Positions 58,693 through 64,000 of a stretch of 64,000 nucleotides of DNA are shown piece by piece. The notes under the pieces were generated by a model. The model was not told the origin of the DNA. It made no database searches and saw only the letters and a program-made list of their open reading frames with translations. Each line of letters starts with the position of its first letter. The stretch's first letter is position 1. This stretch comes from an uncultured cyanobacterium (GTDB lineage Bacteria > Cyanobacteriota > Cyanobacteriia > Leptolyngbyales > Leptolyngbyaceae). The stretch is taken from positions 25,859 through 89,858 of the forward strand of contig CAVYAN010000051.1 in assembly GCA_963766075.1 (NCBI GenBank), written 5' to 3'. Both the position numbers and the translations under genes were made by a program.

Positions 58693-61248
58693 ATGCGTAA
58701 AATCGTTCCCCCAGCCTGCTGTGCTGTCATCACCGGATTATGCACCGGGTTAGTGATGTTATCGGGGGCGGCGATCGCTCAAGTCATCCCCGATGGGACT
58801 TTACCCACGACTGTGACCAGTCCAAATAATTTGAACTTTGCGATCGATGGCGGCAGTCGTAGCGGCAACAATCTGTTTCATAGTTTCAGTCGATTCTCTG
58901 TACCGACGGGTGGCTCTGCGGTCTTCAACAACGCCGCCAATATCCAAAACATTTTCAGTCGGGTGACGGGGAGCAGTCTCTCGAACATTGATGGCTTGAT
59001 TCAAGCCAATGGCACCGCCAATCTATTCTTACTTAATCCCAATGGCATTCTGTTTGGCCCCAATGCCGCCTTAAATATTGGCGGTTCGTTTATCGGCACC
59101 ACCGCTAATAGCGTCAAATTTGCCGATGGCGTGGAGTTTAGTGCGGTGAATGCCAATGGGGCGCCATTGTTGACAGTGAGTGTGCCAATCGGCCTGCAGA
59201 TGGGTTCCACGTCGGGCAGCATTCAGGTTCAAGGACCAGGACATACACTTGTAAACCCAGGCTCTGCCGACCGACCGACCGACCGTCTGCCACAACTTGG
59301 AAGCTTACAGGTTCCATCGGGCAAAACCTTGGCTTTAATGGGTAATAACATTCAACTCTCAGGGGGAATTCTGACCGCCGAAAGTGGCCAAGTTGCTCTG
59401 GGAAGCGTGGGTAGCGGCAACATTCAAATCAATACGACTTCGCCTCAATGGGGATTTAGCTACGATAACATTTCCAACTTCTCCGATATTAAACTAACCA
59501 ATGCAGCCCTGATCGATGCAAGTGGAAATCCGGGGGGAAGCATTCAGCTTCAGGGCAAAACCGTTCAAGTTCAAGATACTTCCGCCCTCTTCATTCAAAC
59601 CCAAGGCCCCCAAAATGCAGGGACGATCGCAGTCCATGCTGATGTCTTAGAACTGAGTGGTGCGTTGCCTAATCGCGATCGGAGCTTGATTTTGTCGGAG
59701 AAGGTCGGCATGGGGAAAGGGGCTGATATTAACATCTCAGTCAAGCAGCTTTTAGCGCGTGATGGGGGACTGATTTACTCAATTCTTTATCAGACCGGAG
59801 GCAACGCGGGGAATATCACCGTCAATGCCACTGAGTCCGTACAGTTTACTGGATTTGCGCGTCTAAATCCGACCAATCTCAGTGGTCTCAATACCAGATC
59901 TACCCGAGGGGGTGGCAAAAGCGGAAATATCAGCGTCACGACTCAAGATTTGCGTGTAAAAGACGGAGCGTTCATTGGTGCCTTAGTCTTCGGTGGAGCA
60001 GGTAGTGGAAATATTCGGATCATTGCTGATAGTATTTCACTAACCGGAGAGAATCCACTAACGTCCGGTTCCACCGGCATTACTGCAACCAGCTTTTCCG
60101 GCGGCGATGCGGGTTCAATTGATATTGATACGGGGCGGTTGTCTTTGATTGGAGCCGGTAATATTTCTGCAAGTACGTCTGGAAACGGTAATGCCGGAAA
60201 CATCACGATCCATGCCCGTGACTCGATCGAAGTTGATGGCGCAGGATCTGTCTTTGCCCAACGGAGTCGCATCATCGCTTCTGGGCAACTCTTACCCCCT
60301 CGCCTCCTTCAGGCTCTTGGCCTATCTGGATCGCCCACCGGCAATGGTGGCGACTTGAATATCACCACTCCAAGTCTTCAAATTCGCAATCAAGGGTACA
60401 TTGCCGCCGAGAATGCAGGGACTGGTGATGCGGGACGTCTCGTAGTCAATGCAAATTCGATCGTCCTTGATCAACAAGGGGAAATTAGAACGGCAACCAA
60501 ACTTGGGCAAGGCGGGATTCTTTCGCTGACGGTTCGGGACGCACTACTCTTACGCCATAGTAGTTTGATTAGTGCCAAAGCGGGTGGATCAGGGAATGGT
60601 GGCAACATCACCATAAATTCTCCTATCATTCTAGGCTTAGAAAATAGTGACATCATCGCCAACGCATTCCAAGGTAATGGCGGTAATATTAACATCATCA
60701 CCCAAGGTATCATTGGTCTCGCATTCCGCAATACCCTCACACCCAGAACCGACCTCACCAATGACATCACCGCCAGTTCTCAATTCAGCGTCAATGGCAC
60801 GGTGCAAATTAATAATATCGGCGTTGATCCAAACTCTGGATTAGTCAATCTGCCCGTGGATCTGGCCGATCCCACGCATCAAATCGCCCAAGGCTGTAGT
60901 GGCACCCAAGGCAGTAGCTTTGTGGTGACGGGCCGGGGAGGGGTGCCGTTGAGTCCAATGGAGCAGATGAGGAGCGATCGCCCCTGGGTCGACACCCGCG
61001 ACCTCTCCGCCTGGCGCAGCCACCCGATCGCCCAGTCCCCACAGCCAATCACTCAGCCCCCCCTCACCCAAGCCACGGGTTGGCGACGCGAACGCGGATG
61101 GCAAGGTGGAACTGTTCGCAGATACCGACGCATCCCTCCCGACCGCGGCTGTGACCTGCGCCGGTATCTGATCAAGGCTAGTGCAGCAAGGTCGAAATCA
61201 CTGCCCAGTTCAAAAGCCGCAAAAGCGATGCAGGCTCGGCTTTTTTAA
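58693..61248 (+). CDS. Filamentous-haemagglutinin (TPS-domain) exoprotein; C-terminus frameshifted near 61090
   Basis: Signal peptide ending AIAQ, NLFHSF..FS, RVTG...S.IDG, NLFLLNPNGI.FG, GNAGNI repeats, SDIIANA, FVVTGRGG.P. The conserved tail continues in another frame to TGA at 61169-61171. Confidence 0.9.
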   Translation: MRKIVPPACCAVITGLCTGLVMLSGAAIAQVIPDGTLPTTVTSPNNLNFAIDGGSRSGNNLFHSFSRFSVPTGGSAVFNNAANIQNIFSRVTGSSLSNIDGLIQANGTANLFLLNPNGILFGPNAALNIGGSFIGTTANSVKFADGVEFSAVNANGAPLLTVSVPIGLQMGSTSGSIQVQGPGHTLVNPGSADRPTDRLPQLGSLQVPSGKTLALMGNNIQLSGGILTAESGQVALGSVGSGNIQINTTSPQWGFSYDNISNFSDIKLTNAALIDASGNPGGSIQLQGKTVQVQDTSALFIQTQGPQNAGTIAVHADVLELSGALPNRDRSLILSEKVGMGKGADINISVKQLLARDGGLIYSILYQTGGNAGNITVNATESVQFTGFARLNPTNLSGLNTRSTRGGGKSGNISVTTQDLRVKDGAFIGALVFGGAGSGNIRIIADSISLTGENPLTSGSTGITATSFSGGDAGSIDIDTGRLSLIGAGNISASTSGNGNAGNITIHARDSIEVDGAGSVFAQRSRIIASGQLLPPRLLQALGLSGSPTGNGGDLNITTPSLQIRNQGYIAAENAGTGDAGRLVVNANSIVLDQQGEIRTATKLGQGGILSLTVRDALLLRHSSLISAKAGGSGNGGNITINSPIILGLENSDIIANAFQGNGGNINIITQGIIGLAFRNTLTPRTDLTNDITASSQFSVNGTVQINNIGVDPNSGLVNLPVDLADPTHQIAQGCSGTQGSSFVVTGRGGVPLSPMEQMRSDRPWVDTRDLSAWRSHPIAQSPQPITQPPLTQATGWRRERGWQGGTVRRYRRIPPDRGCDLRRYLIKASAARSKSLPSSKAAKAMQARLF

Positions 61249-61277
61249 CGTTACATTTTTAATTTAGCATTGCGGCC

Positions 61278-61697
61278 CTAGCTAGACAGTTGCAGAGCGA
61301 CTTTGTAGACGTTGGCGGCGCGGATATTGCGCAGCACTTTTTCAATCTTGTCGTAGGACATTTTTTTATCCGCTTGCAGCACGACCAATCCCTCTGGATT
61401 CCGGCCAAAATAGTCTGCTAGCCGCGCGCCCAGATTCGTGGGTTCTACGGGCGACCCTTCAATGATTAACTTGCCGTCGGCAGTCAGTTGCAAAATCAGT
61501 GGATCGGTTGGCTTCTCGCTATCCACCTTTTTGTTGGTATTGGGCAACTGCACGCTCAAGGAGGATTGATAACTCGTCAGCGTCATCGACACGATGATAA
61601 AAAACGTGAGAATCGTCATCACCACGTCCATCATCGGCACCAAATTTACCTCGGGCATTTGGGAGCCACCGTGCTGTTGACCAAATTTTCTACGCAT
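61278..61697 (-). CDS. exbD: Biopolymer transport protein ExbD
   Basis: EVNLVPMMDVVMTILTFFII, VVLQADKKMSY. Confidence 0.93.
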   Translation of the reverse strand: MRRKFGQQHGGSQMPEVNLVPMMDVVMTILTFFIIVSMTLTSYQSSLSVQLPNTNKKVDSEKPTDPLILQLTADGKLIIEGSPVEPTNLGARLADYFGRNPEGLVVLQADKKMSYDKIEKVLRNIRAANVYKVALQLSS

Positions 61698-61721
61698 GAT
61701 CAAAAGATCCTTAAAACAGTA

Positions 61722-62147
61722 TTATTCGGCGATCGCTAGGGAAACCTTATCCGGATTTTCCTGGGAAAGGGTGTCGTGCATTTTGACCACCAAGTCGTAG
61801 GGCACCTGGTCATTGGGCTTTAACAGCACCGAACCCGTCGGATACTGACTCAGGTACGATCGCACCTGCTGAAACACCTGACTTTCATCCTGATTGTCCC
61901 CGATTACCTCCACTCCCCGCTTCACATTCATCCGCCCTTGGGGATTCAGCTCCACCAGTAGGGGTTCTGGTAGTGCGGTCGCATTCACTTTTTGCTCCGG
62001 CAGCGCCGTATTTTTTGCCCGATACGCTGTTAGCGTCATTGACACGATGATGAAAAACGTGAGAATCGTCATCACCACGTCCATCATTGGCACCAAATTC
62101 ACCTCGGGCATTTGGGACCCGTGCCCACGCGATTTATTGAACTTCAT
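61722..62147 (-). CDS. exbD: Biopolymer transport protein ExbD
   Basis: EVNLVPMMDVVMTILTFFII, VLLKPNDQVPY. Confidence 0.92.
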   Translation of the reverse strand: MKFNKSRGHGSQMPEVNLVPMMDVVMTILTFFIIVSMTLTAYRAKNTALPEQKVNATALPEPLLVELNPQGRMNVKRGVEVIGDNQDESQVFQQVRSYLSQYPTGSVLLKPNDQVPYDLVVKMHDTLSQENPDKVSLAIAE

Positions 62148-62207
62148 GGGGCACTCAATAGAAACGACCGCAATGACAAACGACCGCACGAGTAAGCGAT
62201 CGCAAAA

Positions 62208-62957
62208 TTAACCGTGGGGACTACCCACCAGATCAGCATCCGAGTGAGGCAAAATCCCTACCGGAGTTGGCAGCGTCACGGACTCTTCTTCCCCTACCAA
62301 ACCCTCGGTTAAACCTTGCTCGCACCACACATGCCGATAAATCAATTCTAGCTCACTGCCCACCTTGGAAAAGTAGTCCATTTGTTGGGCTTGCAGCGTC
62401 ACCGAGATCCGAAAGAAAAACAGCGCGATGATGGCCACTAGCATCCCACCTGCCGTTGTGATTAAAGCCTCCCCAATCCCCGCCGATGCCTTAGACAAAT
62501 CCGCCGCCGAACCGGCACCGCCACTACCGCCCCCAATATTCAAGTTATTAAAGGTGGCAATCAACCCCGTCACCGTTCCTAGCAGTCCCAGTAGCGGTGC
62601 AATACCAATCGTCGTTTCGAGAATCTTGTCGCCCTTGCGCATATCAACAAATTCTTGATCGCCTGCTGCTTCCATCGCCAACCGAAAGGTTTCCGGCGTC
62701 GGACTGTTCAATCGCAGAGGGGCGGCTAAGAAGCGACCAATGGGTGTACTGCTGGCCCGTTCGGCAATGCCCCGCGCTTCGATGAGGCTGTATTGGGCGG
62801 ATTTCAACACAGCAGGAACCACTTTGCGCTCACTCAAAAGGACCTGAGTCCAGTACAGGGCACGCTCCATGGCGCAGGAAAAGGTGAACACGGACAGCGC
62901 CACCATGGGAACCATGACCGGACCGCCTTTAACCAGGGTTTCGTAGAGATTTGACAT
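62208..62957 (-). CDS. exbB: MotA/TolQ/ExbB proton channel
   Basis: KGGPVMVP, APLLGLLGTVTGLI, GIGEALITTAGG. Confidence 0.94.
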   Translation of the reverse strand: MSNLYETLVKGGPVMVPMVALSVFTFSCAMERALYWTQVLLSERKVVPAVLKSAQYSLIEARGIAERASSTPIGRFLAAPLRLNSPTPETFRLAMEAAGDQEFVDMRKGDKILETTIGIAPLLGLLGTVTGLIATFNNLNIGGGSGGAGSAADLSKASAGIGEALITTAGGMLVAIIALFFFRISVTLQAQQMDYFSKVGSELELIYRHVWCEQGLTEGLVGEEESVTLPTPVGILPHSDADLVGSPHG

Positions 62958-63263
62958 AGCAGTTTGACAGAACGAGCTTGATAGAGCCAACAGATTGAAG
63001 AGCGCGAACATTTGGCGGGCCACGGGCGATCTCCCCTATCGTAAGACTACCTGACAACCCACCGGGTTCGGTTAAGGAAAGGTAATGGATACAGCAATTC
63101 CTGTTTAAGGTCTAGTCCGGTGGGCCGGCGCGGCACCAGAATGCCGCCAATTGTGAACCCGGCAGTGAATTTTAATGGCTCCTTAACGTTCCTTTGGTAG
63201 GATACGCTGACGGCAAATGGGTTTTGCCGTGCCGCTTTTAGGGACAGCGCGATGATTTCAACT

Positions 63264-64000
63264 ATGACTGAACGTTGCCGGGGGCTGCGTGTACAGAATC
63301 GGCAATGGATGACTGCTCTAGGATTGCTGGGGATTATTGTGGGATTAACCGCCTGTGGTGGCGGTGGGTTGCCCAGCGATCGCATTGCCCAGTCGATTCA
63401 AGATGACGTGATCAAGCAGGGTGGCACCTCGTTAAAGGCCGTCACCTGTCCTAAAACGATCAAGCCGGAAGCCGGAGCCAGCTTTGAGTGTATTGGCGAA
63501 ATTGAAACTGGCTACACCTTCACCATTGCCGTTAAGCAAAGCGACGATAAAGGCAATGTGGTGTGGGATGTTCCCAGTGCCAAAGGCTTACTGAATCTGG
63601 CCAAACTGCAAACCTTAATTCAGGAATCGCTGCAATCCGAATTGGGCACCCGACCTGTTGTGGACTGCGGTGGTGCCTATAAACCTGTCAAGCCGGGGCA
63701 AACCTTTGATTGCAAACTGGATTACAAACCGCCTGCGCCGAAAAAAGACGCTGCCGGGAAAGATGCGGCGGGCGATAAACCAGCGGCAGATGTTGCCAGC
63801 AATCCTCAAGTTGCCAGCAATCCTCAAAAAGCGGCTCCAGATGTTGCCAGTGGCAAGTCGGGTAAACCGGGTAAGAACAAGCCCGAAAAAATTGTGGTGA
63901 CGATTGATCCGCAAAACAACCTGAGCTGGCAACGGGTGCTACCGGACACAGGCGTCAAAGTAGCCGCTGCCAACGCGGGAGGAAAGGCAGCGACAACGTC
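63264..64000 (+). CDS. DUF4333-like lipoprotein (runs off the window)
   Basis: Not in the ORF track. Manual translation gives lipobox LTA-C, then VTCPKTIKPEAGASFEC...F.I.V.Q.DDKGNV.W and a second VDCG...GQTFDC unit. Confidence 0.75.
   Translation, partial: MTERCRGLRVQNRQWMTALGLLGIIVGLTACGGGGLPSDRIAQSIQDDVIKQGGTSLKAVTCPKTIKPEAGASFECIGEIETGYTFTIAVKQSDDKGNVVWDVPSAKGLLNLAKLQTLIQESLQSELGTRPVVDCGGAYKPVKPGQTFDCKLDYKPPAPKKDAAGKDAAGDKPAADVASNPQVASNPQKAAPDVASGKSGKPGKNKPEKIVVTIDPQNNLSWQRVLPDTGVKVAAANAGGKAATT

Noticed and set aside
58779..60973. HIP1-free centre of the TpsA-like gene as evidence of recent transfer
   Set aside because: A 2.2-kb gap is not clearly beyond chance at the HIP1 density seen here and needs a computed test.

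Overview
Cyanobacterial chromosomal window: HIP1 (GCGATCGC) is very frequent, and btpA, mgdA, ebsA, pmgA, glgA and a cyanobacterial-type 6S RNA are present. In order it holds a radical SAM-mgdA-btpA unit in which the radical SAM gene overlaps mgdA, a 403-bp tandem duplication of ebsA, truB, an SLH+SLBB protein, an O-methyltransferase and 6S RNA. Next come a two-gene cassette of a ~3,900-aa DUF4347/RTX/FG-GAP surface protein and an Lpg1974-like beta-barrel, divergent futB/futC next to a TonB-like Pro-rich protein, a TrtA-like hydrolase with an ABC transporter, and a Wzx/Wzy exopolysaccharide locus whose Wzc lacks the Walker A lysine. The last part has hemC, glgA, rsmG, pmgA, an atypical DAACS transporter, an Rpn nuclease, a frameshifted TpsA-like protein and exbB-exbD-exbD. 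Three copies of a small MITE-like element are scattered through the window, and its 16-bp core occurs in both orientations. I saw no CRISPR array, tRNA, rRNA, reverse transcriptase or intact transposase. The best candidates for undescribed biology are the giant-protein/barrel cassette, the radical SAM gene coupled to mgdA, the diverging ebsA pair and the MITE with an invertible core. All family calls come from recognising motifs by eye, not from database searches.
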